DNA of 62,358 nucleotides, counting the filler, from Choristocarpus tenellus KU-1152 (Eukaryota; Protista; Phaeophyceae): assembly GCA_964200185.2 (NCBI GenBank). It is 11 parts of 11 records of this genome, joined end to end, with 100 filler letters (N's around TTAATTAATTAA, not from the genome) between each part and the next. Parts side by side here need not be neighbours in the genome. Positions count along the whole stretch, not along the records: positions 22,252 to 31,300 come from CAXNAD020004047.1; positions 31,401 to 36,281 come from CAXNAD020012686.1; positions 36,382 to 41,105 come from CAXNAD020013326.1; 8 more parts are not named here. One strand, written 5' to 3'. The translations under genes were made by a program, and so were the position numbers. The notes under the pieces were generated by a model. That model was not told where the DNA came from. It was given only the letters and a program-made list of their open reading frames with translations, and made no database searches. Below are positions 25,301 to 39,560 of the stretch, piece by piece. How positions within the stretch are numbered: position 1 is the first letter of the stretch; each line of letters starts with the position of its first letter.

Positions 25301-28300
25301 CCATTGCCCCAGTGCACTATATATGGTCTAGATCACTTGTAGGTCAGCCACCTGACCAGGGGAACAAGGAGCAGCAATGTACTGAACTCGTACTCCGGCC
25401 CACCCCCAAAAGCTACTTGAAACTCCTCCTTTCCTCCTCCCAATGGTGTTGTTGCGGCATCAAATGCCCATGTGACTGTGGAACCAAATACTTTGTCCTG
25501 GAGAAGATTTGTGGCGGCAAGGTGTGGAGGTACAAAAAGGAAGGAGGGAGAGTAAGCAGAGGCAGGCACCAGAACCAATGAGGCTGTAAAAAAGCACAAT
25601 ACATATAATTGCACAGGCAAGATACTGTAAACTAATCAATAGTGTATGGGCAGTTCAGGTGATGGAGCCCCATTTGTTAATGACTGTGTCCGCCTCCTTT
25701 CGCAGATTATGGGCAACCATTCATGGGTCCCTCACTCCTTACCAACTTCTATCCCCACAATACATATCAATTTTGAGGGATTACCGAATATTATTACGGC
25801 ATGCTGTTGACAATCAATTTGAAAACAGTTTTCGGCGGTCGTTGCGATTACTTACAGAGTATATGCATCGTGTTTGGGTAACAATGTAATTTTGAAATTT
25901 TGCACCGATCACTATGTTGTTAACTATAATAGTAGGGATATGCAGATAATATATCCCCTCAACATGACAGAGGAAAGAAGCTGTTGAGAAGTCTCCTCTG
26001 GACAAGTATCAACGTACTATATAAGTGCAAATCTACACAAAAAATAACTAGCCTTTCACGTCCTCCTTCGCATGGCAGTTCGTGTTCCTTAACGCTTATT
26101 GGAGGGATAATTTTTCCGTTTGTTTCAGGTCGGGGAAGATGATATACTCAATACTAAGAGGTTCCTAGGAAATGCAGACAGTGAAAAGAGTGTAACCTCG
26201 CAATTATAATTTTTCTCATGCTACCAGATCTATATTCGTCATCCCTTACCTCGGCAACTCAAAGGCCAAGCGACTGCACTTCAGACTGCTGGAAAAAATA
26301 TTCGTGTCGAAACTGTTTCTTCCTAAGTTCTTCCCAGGAAGAGGGACTCAGATCTCCATGTGATGAATATCCCACAGATAGGTGATGCAATATTAGTTAC
26401 TTCGCTTTAACGATTTCGGACTAAGGACCGTCCTAAGTCAAAAAGTGCTTCAACCTACTCCTTGGATTTGAGACATGGGCATCAAGTGCACGATGCTATT
26501 TGTTGTTCGGAACAAATACTTGAGATCGCCTGAACCTAACTTCTCGTCAACCAAAGGGACGGGGGAGAGAGACTAAATATACTCGTTTCAATTGCTCTAC
26601 CAAAAGGTTTCTCAAGGGTGAAATCGCTTGGAGACAGTTGTTATTCCACTCATTCAGTGCAAGAATGAGCATTGGGTTGTCGTAACCGTTGTTGGTGCAA
26701 TTTTTCGAGGAGTTGTATCAACGAACCAGTATTATCTATGAGACATCGACACCATAACTTAACCTAGATGGGAAACAGTTCTAGTGTCCACTGGTGCAGC
26801 TCTCAGTGCGGTAGGAAATCAAATAGAATTAGGTTAATCTTGCCTCATCACATCGCACCGACTCTGATACACTCCGAGTATTTTTCAATGAGGACTTCGG
26901 CACATCTACTCGAAGAAACTACTAGCGTAAGATGCCTAGAGAGTATTGGGCAGAAAATACAACTGGGCTATTGCGATGTAATACAATGGATTTGTTGAGG
27001 ATTCCGAGAGCAGTGATTACAAAAGTGGGTAACGGAAGGGTTACCTGCGGGCTTTTGAAACCAGGCTTTTGAAACCATGATCACCTACCTGAGGTCGGGG
27101 GAGAAATGAGTCGGTCAAAGCCAGCAGAACAAGCGAAGATCATAACCAGTCGCTCTGGACTACAGCAGATAGTGTGTACACAGAACGACAGGACAGGAAC
27201 GAAGATAACCAGATTGGCAGGTCGATGAACGAGATGGTGCTTAGTGAACTGAGTGAAGGCGAGGATGACTTCCAAATTGTTGGAAAGAGTCCGAGAAATC
27301 GGGTAGCTCAACTATGCTTGATATTTGGAGTATAATATTGCATTATCTTGAACTTTGTATGTAATGTCGTTATGCTTCCTATTGAAATTATTCTTCTTCA
27401 CATTTCGTAGAAAGAGGACAAGAGAACTATGACAACAAAAAATAAAATAGAATGCGTTGAAAACTCAACCTAACTTCGAACAACCAAATTGGAAACATTA
27501 CAACCACTTTGGAAAACAAGACCTACCTTGAAATCCCTAAATTGAAAAAACTTGTCCCCAATCAAGTTTTCAATTTCAATAATTGGGGTAGGATGTTACA
27601 ACTAAAGACCCATATACTCTTCATGTTTTCATTTTGTGCTTGGTATTATTGAACCTTTGTTGGAATCCAGTCACTCCCATTTATGAGTTACCCATTTCTA
27701 GTCTTATTCTTGGACTTCAGTCATACAGTAGTAGTAGTTGTAGTTACGCCCCTTTTAATCTACTCACCGAGAAAAAATAGGGAAAAGATGAAAAACCAAT
27801 GCTCTATTAATTAAGTGCATCCAATCTGAAACATTACAACTCATCACCACATATCTCTCAAAATTGAAACAGAAACACATGAACAACAAACCCCCAGAAA
27901 GAGGGAGAGAAATGACGTAAGTAGGATGTGTGTGTTGGCCTGACGTAGTTGGTCCACCAAAAGAAAAGAAAAGAGGCGAATGGAGATCATAATTCCTTGA
28001 TAGTTCTAACGTATGTTGTGTTTCCAATAATAATTATTATTATATATTACAATACTTTATTATTACGCCCTCTTACATTTTGGAGATATATGAGGGGGTT
28101 AGGGTTAAGGTTATAATATTAATGATGTGTTTCTTTACCTCTAACCATCACATATAGACTAGAAATAATATGAATGTCAGTGTTAGTACAATATTATATT
28201 CATAACAAAGGATAGATATAAACCTTTGATTCTCTTCTTAGCACCTGCAATGAAACATTTGTTTTCGTTTTCTTTTCTTCTCCCTTTCCTTCCCTGTTTT

Positions 28301-30040
28301 CATTCTTTTATTTCCAAATGTGGCATTTATATTCCCTAAACTTTTTACTCCTCAAACTACAATAACAACGAATAAAAATACTACCTAGAAATAATATCAA
28401 ATCACCATTGTTTTATATTATTATGCCCTCTGACATTTTGCAGATGTGTCAGGGGGAAACCAATGAAAACTATATACATATGTGTATATAAAATGTCCTA
28501 AACATAAGAATACTATAAGACAATGCGTGGAAACCCACCATTATTGTTCATTATCTGGAGTTATATTTGCATTTACAAGGCACGGTATGTTACGTACGAT
28601 GCGTGATGTCTTGAGTGGTGTTGGGTGTTGAGATGGGGAGAGGAGATGTGACGACACTGAAGTTTTCTTTTTTTTCTTTTTCTTTTTTTTCCGTATACTT
28701 TGATGTTGGTAATAGCTATCGCTTTATAGACTTGAAACGGAAAAGTTTCCAAATTATCATCGCACACACTACATCTGTTCCACTCCACCTGTGTGTAATC
28801 CAACATTTTTTTTTGAAGATTATTGTTGAGGAGGTAGTTAGCCCAGAACATGTTATTTGTTTTTATGCCTTCATCACTAACAACCTCTGTTATTCTGAAG
28901 AGGTCAAAGTTATGCCCGTACCCACAGATATGTACACACACACACACACACACATGTACGTTTAGTTTTTCGAACAAATTTTACACAGGGAGACACAGAC
29001 ACCGCCCACACCTTCTAAAGCACAATACATATTTGCTACCAAAAGGCATACCTTCCATTTCCCCTTCCTCGATGTGTTGGACTCTCACAACGGGTTAGGG
29101 TATGTAGGTGATGGACGTACGATCTAGGAAGCAATTTGGTACAATATTAAATATTCGTAACATCCCCCTTTGTAACCATAAAATATATGTGCCATGATGA
29201 AGGGAAAAGCAGACAAGCTACTGGACCTGATTTGAAGAAAAACACCCAAATAAGTATTTTACCTAGTCGGCTTACGTTCCCCTTCCTAGATCCATGCTCA
29301 TGGTGTAGGTAAGTCCAGAAAATAAAACAATATAGAGTGAAGGAAAAAAAAAGAAAAAATCATTGTCTCGTCTCATATTTTCATTACCACTCACGCGACG
29401 TATGACACATGATTTCATATCACCCATAAGGCAAGAACAAAAATCAAAACTGTTCGCAATTACCATTATTCTTGACATTGGAGTATTTTCTATTTATTTA
29501 ATGTAATTAATTTCTTGTTTGCTTCAGACGGGAGTCTACGTTCGGAACACTATATCAACCCGTGGTCAGAGACACTTTCAAGTCACACTTTATTACTTCT
29601 CATACATAGCTCTAGACTCAGTTACTGCTACTATGAATATTGATCCTATTGTTGTCATAGACGGTCACTTTCACGTTCTTATTTGCATTAGATTGAGGGG
29701 TCACAGACCAGTCGTGGAAAGGTAGTCGAAAGAAGGAGATGCACACTACTTGAGAAATACAACATAACATAAGAATAACAGAAAAGAACCCAACACATCT
29801 AACACTGGGTAACAAAAAGAACCCACTGGTGTAAAGCACTAACACACAGTAACCTTAGGTCGTACCAGGTCCGTGTAAGCCAGAAAAAAACACCTATCAC
29901 ATTTCACAAATTGGAACCAGAAGGAAGGGAAAGAGAAAGACAAGATATATTTAAACCCAAGAAGAGGAAGACGACCAGAAGGCAACATTCAGTAGGTAGT
30001 GGTGATAATGTTGGTGTTGTTGACTGTTTTGGCTGCCTTA

Positions 30041-30219
30041 GGCTCAAAGTACCTGGGGGGGGGGGTTCTACACCAGGGTGTACATTCGAGCCCTGACCAG
30101 GAGAAGTTCACTTACATTATTCTTCCGATGCATGCAACCAAATCACCCAAAAATCGGGACCTGGAAAAATGGGCCCCAAATGGACAGGCATCACCCCCCC
30201 CATCCAGATACGTTGAGCC
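30041..30219. mobile_element. MITE family B copy
   Basis: GGCTCAAAGTACCTGGGGG ... CCAGATACGTTGAGCC; TSD TTA. Confidence 0.85.
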
Positions 30220-31274
30220 TTACCACCTGCTCTAGCATAACGTACATCAGGCATAACGGTTTTCCTTGGGGTGCTACTACTAACTACTGAGACTAACTGT
30301 TGCACCACGAAAAACTTACTGCCTTCTTTCGTGGCTTGCAACTTGTGCTTTGGGTTCAGCCATCCCACCGCTTGCTCTCCATCCCCCTCAAACATTTCCC
30401 TGATCTACCTGGGCGTTGCTTAACAATGAAAAATTGCCCCTTCATTCTTGGTAGGGCTTTTTTGTAGTGCAGCAATGGATAGGATAGTACGTGTGTACTA
30501 CCCACCTTAGCGCTTACCAAGTGAACCTTTGATGACCAATACCAGATTTCCACGAAATGAAACTTGACATTGAGAGTGTTTGAACCTGTGAAATTAACTG
30601 AGCCACCAGAACGCTCTGAGGGATCCCAGAGTCGTCCTCAAAGGTAGCCAGAGGAAAGAAATACGCAAAACTTGATGTGTAAATATTATTCCAGAAAGTA
30701 TCATCATCTCCACTCTAATCTAGAACTAAGAACCTTGGGTCAACCCTACCTCGACTCTACCTGTGATTAGAGTAACTACACACTGCACTTACAACTGGGC
30801 AGTAATTATTGTATTTCTATTTTCGCATTATTCTGAGGGGTCCCAGACCTGTGGTCGAAAGGTCGTCAAAAAGAAGGCTACGCACACACTGCTTTAGATA
30901 TGCAAGTACTAGAGAAAAAAGAAGAGAAAAGAAAAGAAGGGAAAAAGATGAAAAAAAAGTAGAGCATGTCAGGGTATTACAAGGGTAACGAACCTAGGTG
31001 TAATGCATCAACGCTATAGAAAAGATTGTTGGGGCGTGCCAGGTTCAAGCAATCCGAAAACGCCCCTTATCGTGTGTCACACGAAGGAAACAAAAAGGAA
31101 AGAGAAAAAGAAAGACGAAAGAATAATCAACCCAGAAAGAGATATTTAACGAGAATGCATTGTGGTGCTGGCAGGCGTATGGGCACCCCTTGCGCCCTGC
31201 AGGATGAGAGTCCCTTCACGATGGACCATAATTTCCGCATGGGTGCGTTATTGCATGCTGGAGCACAGTCCAAT

Positions 31275-31300
31275 GGGTCAAAGTATCTGGGGGGGGGTGT
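31275..31300. mobile_element. MITE family B terminus at gap (similar termini at 53112 and 57867)
   Basis: GGGTCAAAGTATCTGGGGGG running into the N linker. Confidence 0.7.
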
Positions 31301-31415
31301 NNNNNNNNNNNNNNNNNNNNNNNNNNNNNNNNNNNNNNNNNNNNTTAATTAATTAANNNNNNNNNNNNNNNNNNNNNNNNNNNNNNNNNNNNNNNNNNNN
31401 AGGTATACAGCAGTG

Positions 31416-31416
<1 letters not shown>

Positions 31417-31459
<43 letters not shown>
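31417..31459. repeat. (CA)n microsatellite
   Basis: Direct reading. Confidence 0.95.
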
Positions 31460-31461
<2 letters not shown>

Positions 31462-31544
31462 CGTACATTTGCATCAGTGGGAGGTATGTTCTCTCGTTCC
31501 CAATGGTGTAGTGGATGGATTGTGACAGTTGAAAACTTCAATTA

Positions 31545-31803
31545 GAGCCAAAGTATCTTAGAGGGTACAGTCGCGTCCATTTCGGGACCAAAATCCGATG
31601 ATGTAATTTTGATGTAATTTTGACTATATATTTGTTAGGAGATTTCAATATCCTTGTCTGGACACTCCTTTTCATGATGTATACATTTTACCTACTCCGA
31701 AACATTTTGGAGTAGATAAAAAATGTCAATAAAAACCCATGGGAAGCCAAGCCCCACATGGACAAACAGGACAAAATTCGTACCCTCTAAGATACTTTCA
31801 CTC
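31545..31803. mobile_element. MITE family A copy
   Basis: GAGCCAAAGTATCTTAGAGGGTAC ... GTACCCTCTAAGATACTTTCACTC; flanked by ATTA on both sides. Confidence 0.88.
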
Positions 31804-33019
31804 ATTAGCCCCAATTTCAACAAGGAATCCAATGATCACCATCTCACACACTGATAGTGACCATTCCCGCTTCAGAAGATGTACGTATGATGCCAAAGAC
31901 ATACACCTAAAACCTGTTTGGTATATACTCTGTGGAAGAAAGTTTCTACTTGTTTCAAATGGTGTTAGAACTTTCCTGACCATGTAGTATCCCTTTGTTG
32001 AAAGATTGGCAACACCCCCGACACACATCAAATGTATGTATTATTGTTTGAATATCTTCTTCAAAACTAGAGGTCCCTCTAACCCCACATATATCGGGAT
32101 TTCAAGTCATTCCAAAGAAGAACAATATGATAGGAATATTAACAGTATGGTCGAGGAGCAGGGGATATTGTTATATGACAAGTAACATTCACAACAATAG
32201 AATGGTCTACTCTCAACTTCACTCCTGTGAATGTTTGGATTTCTCTCTGTGAGATACATACATGCTTCTCTTTTCTTTCACAATTCTTACCAAATAAGTG
32301 AAAACCATGACCCAGTCATACCGTTGTGTATGTGATGTTTTTTGGTCTCTGCTCTAGTAACAATAGCCTCACTCTACAACCAACGCTACTGATAAAGACA
32401 AATGTCTGGTGCTTCTAAGGACTATAACTAACCCTGACACCCCAACAACATACGAGTGGGTGTAGATTTACTCAGGTGTGGAGGGCTAACCCTAACCCAG
32501 GAAAGAGGGTGTAGGTCCTCAAACGAGACTTTCTCCTTCTCTGCAGCACAAAATCGGGAAAAATAATGCATATCTGACATACTGTGAGAATTTGTTTTGC
32601 AAAAATGACAGATCGGTTGTAGGGTTGTGGCTTAGGCACTCAAACACTTCTGCCATACTTGACTCTAACACTAACATACTAATGGTGCTTTGCTCAATAA
32701 CATTCCATTGTTCGGTCCGCTCAGTTCCTATGCTGCTAAACCTTGGGGGGGCACTTGAGGCGTTGCTCGGGGACTGAGACCATATACAATGAAATTATCT
32801 TTAGTAAAGCCAACTCTATCCAACCACTTCTTCCAACAACTCAGATTAAGACTGGGGGACTTGCCCAGGCTTCACCCAATACTCCAAGTACCATATATGA
32901 AATATATATGCTCCTTCTGTGAACAAAGAATCAATGACAGATAGGACACACTTGAAGAAGGAGGGGTCAAATCACACCATCACAAGTGAACAAAGCACAG
33001 AAGACACCTCTAATCACCA

Positions 33020-36000
33020 ACACACACACGCTGATGACTCTCCATAGCTCGTCAGGATTGGACACAAGACCCATTGGGATCAAATTCGCAACCTCCTATC
33101 CTGTACACACTGATTGATCTGGAGTGACCATCCACCCACTGACCACAGCATCCTTCAACACTCAGCCACAACACGTACATCCTTAGTCTAATGCACAACA
33201 AATATCACACATCGGTAGTGGAAAAGATAGAAGGCAAGGATAAACACAACCTGGCACAACGGTATTGTCAGGGTAGTAGGCTCAGGCATGGAGCTCGGCT
33301 ACTACATGCGTGCTGTTGTACTCATTTACTCTTTGTAAACACACCTACCCTCCCCCTCTTCCAGGCACACAGGGTGGACAAAGTATGGCACGATATCCAC
33401 CACCACAATGCACTGGTGTACATCTTGTCTCCCATGTACGTAGATGTGATGAATAGCACAATGTGCTCCAAAGTATCAAACTATCACACTCACAGGTCGG
33501 AACCCTACCTATTGATCATGCTGACCTCCAACACCATCGCTAGTTGTGATTCCTCATCAGTCTGTGGCAAAAAGGGTGTGAACAGCATCAGAGGAAGCAC
33601 ATGCCAGACAAATCCATATCATTTCGAGCCTTGGGAACTGAACAAGGAGAGCTGAATGCTTCAAAGCCTACCCTTTCATACTACTTCAAAGTATTTACTA
33701 GCACCACCCAACTCCTACTAGTAGTAGTAACAGCAGAAGACAATACAAGAAAGTAACCACATTTGGAGTGGCTACATATGTTGATCTTCACCATATGTAG
33801 TGACCTTTGTATACTACGTGATATAACCTGTCATCCCCCAGTCTTCCTTGTACCAAAGCCAAGAGAGGAAAGGAGATCAGGTTGATCTCTGGATGGGACT
33901 CAACCATGACGCACCGGGATTGGCAATGAGTGAGCTGCTGCAGATGTATCCGCCTCCAGCTCCAAGAGCATCTCACCCAACTCCGACCTCGTATCAATCA
34001 GCACCTCATAATGCATATCTCGTTGATACATTGAGACACTAACAACAGGAAGAAGACTTTGGTCCTTGAGTCAGGGAATCCACTCGTGGCCAAGCCCCGG
34101 GTAGTCGAGAGGACCATCCTACGGGATGAGAGAGAAAGGCCAAGGGGTGACAAGGGGCACTTGATGAGCGTGGCACACCCTCAAGTATTTGTAGACCACG
34201 AGGTAGTGACAATGGGGAGAGAATGACAAGTGGGGACCTGAGGAAGTCTCCTTACATTGCCAGCACCAAGCTTATAGAGGCATTTGATGCTCACTCGAAG
34301 CATCCATGCCATGGCACTTCCTCCTGTGTCCATGCAAGGAGAGACATATTCACACAACCTTTTAACGTGATCGACTTCCTCCTGTTCCTCCTCAGATGAG
34401 AGGCCCTGAGAGTCCAACGTTTGTCACGAGGGAAAGATCAAAGATAGGTACGAGGTTGATTGGCCTGAGGGCTAGACAGAGTAGTTCGGATGATAGAGGA
34501 CAGACAAGCGTTCCATTTGTGGCGTGGTGGGGGCTGGGTGACAGAGATTTATCTCACCATAAACTGGCCCCCCTGCTTAAGGAGGGATAGGCCCTCCAAG
34601 TGCAACAGTCGACCCAGGATGACCAAGCCTCGGTCAATCTTTCCGTCCGTATCATTGAGCACTGACTCCACCACCCACCTAACACTTTCTAACCCACCCG
34701 CCGCTCGGCCTTCAAGGGAGGCGAGAAAGGTCTGTACCACTTCTACATCACCCTTGTACATATCCTTGGGTCACCAACCGGGCAGGTTCAGGGAAGGGAG
34801 TTGGGGAGCCAGGTGCTGTCAGAGGCTGTTGCATTGAACAGCTAGAGGCATTTCAGTTACCACATAAGGATTGTCGACATATGTGGGGGGCATGCTCCTC
34901 AGTGGCAAAACCATGGGCCACAATCATCCTACCCACTGTAATAATTGATGAATATACAACTGCCCTGACAGGAACAACTCTATGCACCACAAACTAGTGT
35001 GAATCAAATACTGTGGCATCATAGAGATGGCTGGGTCATTTTGACATCCACATAGCGGTTCTGACATGAAGAGTCTGCTCTTCTTGTTGTATTGGTGCTG
35101 GGATCCTAGCCGTTGCTTCCATCTCTACTAGTGACAGCACACCCTTAACGTGTACAAAGTATGAAGACTACAATTTCACCACGACTACAAGAAAAGCAAT
35201 AAACAAGGCTCAAAGTATCTGGGAGGGGGGGGTGGCGGTTGTCCATTTGGGGAAAATTTTTCCATGTCGTGTGTTTTGAGTGATTTGGTTGCATACGTCG
35301 GATGGATAATGTAAGTGCACTTTTCCTGGTTATGACCCAAATGGACACCTTGGTGTAGACCCCGTCCCCCCCCCCCCCCCNNNNNNNNNCCCCCCAGATA
35401 CTTTGGGTCCAATGTTGAATTGAGTTGACCCTCTTTAGCATTGTTTTCTGTTTCTGATCAGCTGGGAAACTTCACTCATTCTGGAAGATGTTACGTCTTT
35501 CTCTGTGTACCCAATAATTGGCATCAAGGATGATGCTGGAAATGACGTTAGCCCTACCTAGCTATCATTATATCATTTATAACACTCTTGCACATGGTAC
35601 CCACTTTCCCATACTCCATTTTCAGAGGGCAGTAATAAGCCTACGATTGACACAATGCATTGGGGAGATATCGATACTTCCTGGAAATATGTACAAGTAC
35701 ATAAACAGCATATAGTGTCAAGATCCTCCTAACACTTACTACAATCTCGAATGCCAGCAATCCAGACATACTAAGAGGAGACAATGCTTGAATTATTTTG
35801 CGTCCACTTCCTCACCACCATTTTAGATAGGGTATCAGATATATCGGCAGAGTGGTATGACTAGGAAAGAAACAGCTGACACTATACTGCATGGCATCTG
35901 GAATTAATTGTAACGGTCATAGTAATTGGCTAACACCATACCGCTCTGCTGACTGCTGGTTTCTTGGTTGGTGCAAAGCAGGAAACGTGCGGGCTAGTTG

Positions 36001-36646
36001 ACACCCTGCACGAAAAAGGTCCCCACTTTAAAACTTTTTCTCACCACAGCCCTTAGAACTTCCCAAAGCCATCTCAGTAGTGGAAACAGGGGAAGATCAC
36101 ACATGTCACACCCATCCTCTTTGGTTGGGACATGATCATGAAGGCAGACTCCAACCTCAACCTTGACCCTCCGGAAGATGCCATTTTTTGTACCAACCTC
36201 ATCCTTGGGCACAGCTTACCCCCCCCCCCCATCGTCGCCCCCCTATTGGCCTTGTTCGTCACTCCAGTCCCCATCTTGTTCNNNNNNNNNNNNNNNNNNN
36301 NNNNNNNNNNNNNNNNNNNNNNNNNTTAATTAATTAANNNNNNNNNNNNNNNNNNNNNNNNNNNNNNNNNNNNNNNNNNNNCACCCTTCCTATGCGGGGG
36401 TGTCGACAGGGGGGTTGCCATGTTGACGTTCTGACCCTTGACGTGCCCAGTTCTGGCCTCAAAATCACCCCAAAAGATCCCTCTTTGACGGCTTGAAGCA
36501 CCTCGAGTTTGTACCTGATGATCCTCGAACCCACCGTTTCTGAAAGCTGAGATTGTCAACCCGATGTTATTCTGTGAGGTCTTGTCCGATTCGGCGCCGT
36601 TCTCGCTTGGCAAGCCCAGATGATTCACGTCACAAACATATGGCAT
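33020..36646 (-). CDS. Exons of an unidentified helical protein (fragmentary model)
   Basis: Protein-like segments, several ending at GT donors: MYKGDVEVVQTFLASLEG...FM|gtgag (34761-34556), DSQGLSSEEEQEEVDHVKRLCEYV..., HYEVLIDTRSELGEMLLELEAD...P|gtgcgt, TDEESQLAMVLEVSMIN|gtagg, FDTLEHIVLFITSTYMGDKMYTSALWWISCH; no recognised domain. Confidence 0.4.
35207..35409. mobile_element. MITE family B copy
   Basis: GGCTCAAAGTATCTGGGAGGG ... CCCCAGATACTTTGGGTC; TSD CAA. Confidence 0.85.
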
Positions 36647-37691
36647 AGAGGTAGTATATATATTAAAAAATACTAAAGATAGGGTGGGTCATAGGTCCCG
36701 CGAGTCTTTGCTTTGGGGCTTTATTTTGGCGGCTGGCATACTTGTTGGGATTACACCAGGGGGGGGGGCTGAATGGGTAGATTAGTGGGGAAAAGGGGTC
36801 AGAGGGGATAGTCATAGACCAGGGGATAGAGTTTTAGAGAAAAGGAATGTGGAGCCAACTCTGATAGTGAAGTGTGGGGTTTAGAGAATGAAAGAAAATG
36901 TTTGACTGTTGATGATATGATACAATCTAAGAGGGAGGAGTCGTCAGTAGAAGAGAACCTTAGGTCACATGAGAACACATGTCAAATTAACCCAAAAATT
37001 GTAGAGCCCAAAAGAAAAGGACAGGATCAATCCTTGGACGAGCAAAGGACAGTTCAAGAGTTGAGGGAGCTGAAGAAAGAAAGAAAGCATACGAGAGGAC
37101 TGGAGACATCCGTGCATGATAAATACTGGAAAGTAGTCGGGAAGAATGGAGAATGTCGAGTAGTTTGCTAAAGTGCTTAGACTATTGTTCTGGGAAGTGA
37201 GAGGCATACACGGGAGAGGGGGATACATGCATATATGAGGGATAGGGAAGAAAGGGGTGAAGCATATATAGAAACCCCAATACTCCACAAATACTGCCAT
37301 GACCAGCCAACAATCCATATATCTCCAATTCATATACTCAAGAGGGGGTGTTCATGTTATATGTTAGGGCCAAGCAGAGAGAACCAGTAGAGGTTTTCGT
37401 AGGGTCTGGCAGAGAGTGGGAAGGATTGTGTGCAGCCGGGGCATGGGGAAGAAGTAAGAACTATAATAGACATCAACCCTCAAGGGGGGGAGGTCAAGTT
37501 CGGGTGGGGTAGATGTGTTCTAGTTCAAAGGCATGGAATGTAGTGGGTGATGAAGGGGTGGTCTTGGATGATTGTGGGGCGGTGTTGAGTGGTGTTGAAT
37601 GGTGTGGAGAAGAGGAAAGTGGTGGAAAGTGTTGTGGGGGGGAGTGGTGTTGAATGGTATGGTGGAGTGAGAAGTGGTGTGGGGTTGGGCG

Positions 37692-37852
37692 GGGTGGTGA
37701 CTGGATATCAGTGGTGAAGGGGTTACACTGGTTGGTCATCAGAGGAGGCTGGTGACTGGAAATCAGTGGCAAAGGGGGTTCACACTGGTTGATCATCAGA
37801 GGTGGGCGGTGACTGTAAATCAGTGACGAAAGGGATTCGCACTGGTTGGTCA
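37692..37852. repeat. Minisatellite, ~56 bp x3
   Basis: Unit ~GGTGACTGGAAATCAGTGGCAAAGGGGGTTCACACTGGTTGGTCATCAGAGG. Confidence 0.85.
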
Positions 37853-38624
37853 CAAGTGGTGGTATAGTGGGTTGGAGAATGGGTGGAATGCAAACATAGA
37901 ATATAATATTATAGAATTCACGAACAAAGCAAAGTATTGGTTTGTACACAGAACGTACTACGTATTATTTACCAGTATATAGTTTCCAAAAAATTAGTGT
38001 GAATGGAATCATTTTGTCGTTTTTTAAATCGTATCAATTCACAATTTGTGACTATGTTGTATTTGCTTTCATTAAATGTTATTACTACTTCTTGTTCCCA
38101 AGTTATCTCCAAAATGGATGTGGCGAATGTGGTTATGCCTCAATTGCAATAGAGGTAGATACGTACACCTCTACAATGTCCAATTAAAATAACCCTTGAT
38201 TCTTACCTGTTGTTGTTGTTTTGTTCTTTCTCTACATCTTCCTCAGATGAAAACAAAACACGAAATAATGGTTGACACATTCCATATAATATGCAAAAAA
38301 TCCAACATATGTCCAAACAGTCACAACATTACACACTACTAACATCATGAAATCATTCTACGCAGTAGGGGTCCCCTTTTGTGTATTCTACTCCAAATAG
38401 AAGCGTATACCCCCCATCCACTAAACCAAAGAAACCTCCCTCGCTCCTGTGCGTTGGAAATAATACAGCAGTCAATAATACCACTACACTATAACAATCC
38501 TATATAATCTAATACTTTTAAGACGCATTTTTATGTAATAGTAGGTGGAAGTTTTTGAAAGTGTTAGTGTTAGTGTTAGTGCTAGTGCCAACCAATCTAC
38601 TCTACTCTGTATTAGGGTAGCATT

Positions 38625-38649
38625 GGGATTAGGGTTAGGGTTAGGGTTG
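38625..38649 (+). repeat. Interstitial telomere-like (TTAGGG)n
   Basis: GGGATTAGGGTTAGGGTTAGGGTT; shorter versions at ~28098, ~40867 and ~48382. Confidence 0.7.
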
Positions 38650-39199
38650 TAGGAGTATATTTGAGAGAGGAAGAATCTCTCTACATAAACACCTGCATGC
38701 CCATTATACTATAAATTGAGTGTTAAAATATAGTAGAATTCTCTGACAAAGAATCTGTCTGTTCAGCCCTACCAACACAATCCTTACAACAACAATATGG
38801 AAAATGTCATCGGTATGTTATATTTTCAATTGACACGCCCTCCAACCGAAAAACATTTCCATTCCTTCCCATGAACGACTTCAGTAGTCTTCCCGCTAGT
38901 AAAGGTTGAGAGTCACATCAGACCTTGCCAACCAGGAATCATCTTCATTATTCCACACTGACCGCCCCAAGTGTCGAATCTGTATAGGCGTGCTACTGCT
39001 GATCTCTCTCTCAAGGAGCCTGACTACGGTGTTGAGGTGATGCCATCGCCACTCAGAGTTCCAGCATCTGCGCCTCCAAGGTATGTATCCAAGTAGGTGC
39101 GTTATGGTTACCTAACGGATATCGCCGCCGATAGAGTTGCATCTCAATGCCTCACCCGTGTGACTCCATGGAGAGGGAGATTACCGCTGCTTCTTTTTT

Positions 39200-39560
39200 C
39201 GAACCTCGCTTTCTGCCTGGTGATCTGTCGTTGGTTCAGATCTTTCTGTGATGCGCAGGTTCGTTCGGTGGTACGCACTGTCCTAACATTCGATGACACC
39301 GACTCGAAGGCATGGAGGGATTGTGCAAAGGCGTATATCGATGTAAGTGCTCTTGCGTTCATACCCTGTGCTCTTGGGCTCATGTCTGGTCGGGAATTGT
39401 TTTTTTAGAGTCCACAGCATCAATGCAATGTGCGATCGGGAAGGTGATGGTCACTCTTCATGCAATTTCACACTTCATGATCGAGTATGGGGTGCCAGGT
39501 TTATTCTTTCAACTTCCTCTGTGAGATGCTTGGGCATTCTTTGAAATTTGCCAAGCTCTA
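39200..39560 (+). pseudogene. Possible DNA-transposon relic (CACTA/Mirage-like C-terminal motif)
   Basis: TLHAISHFMIEYGVPGLF, frameshift, NFLCEMLGH resembles the HxxxHxxxxxxxFGPLxxFxxFxFE motif; weak. Confidence 0.25.

Noticed and set aside
38625-38649. True telomere
   Set aside because: Only 3-4 internal units
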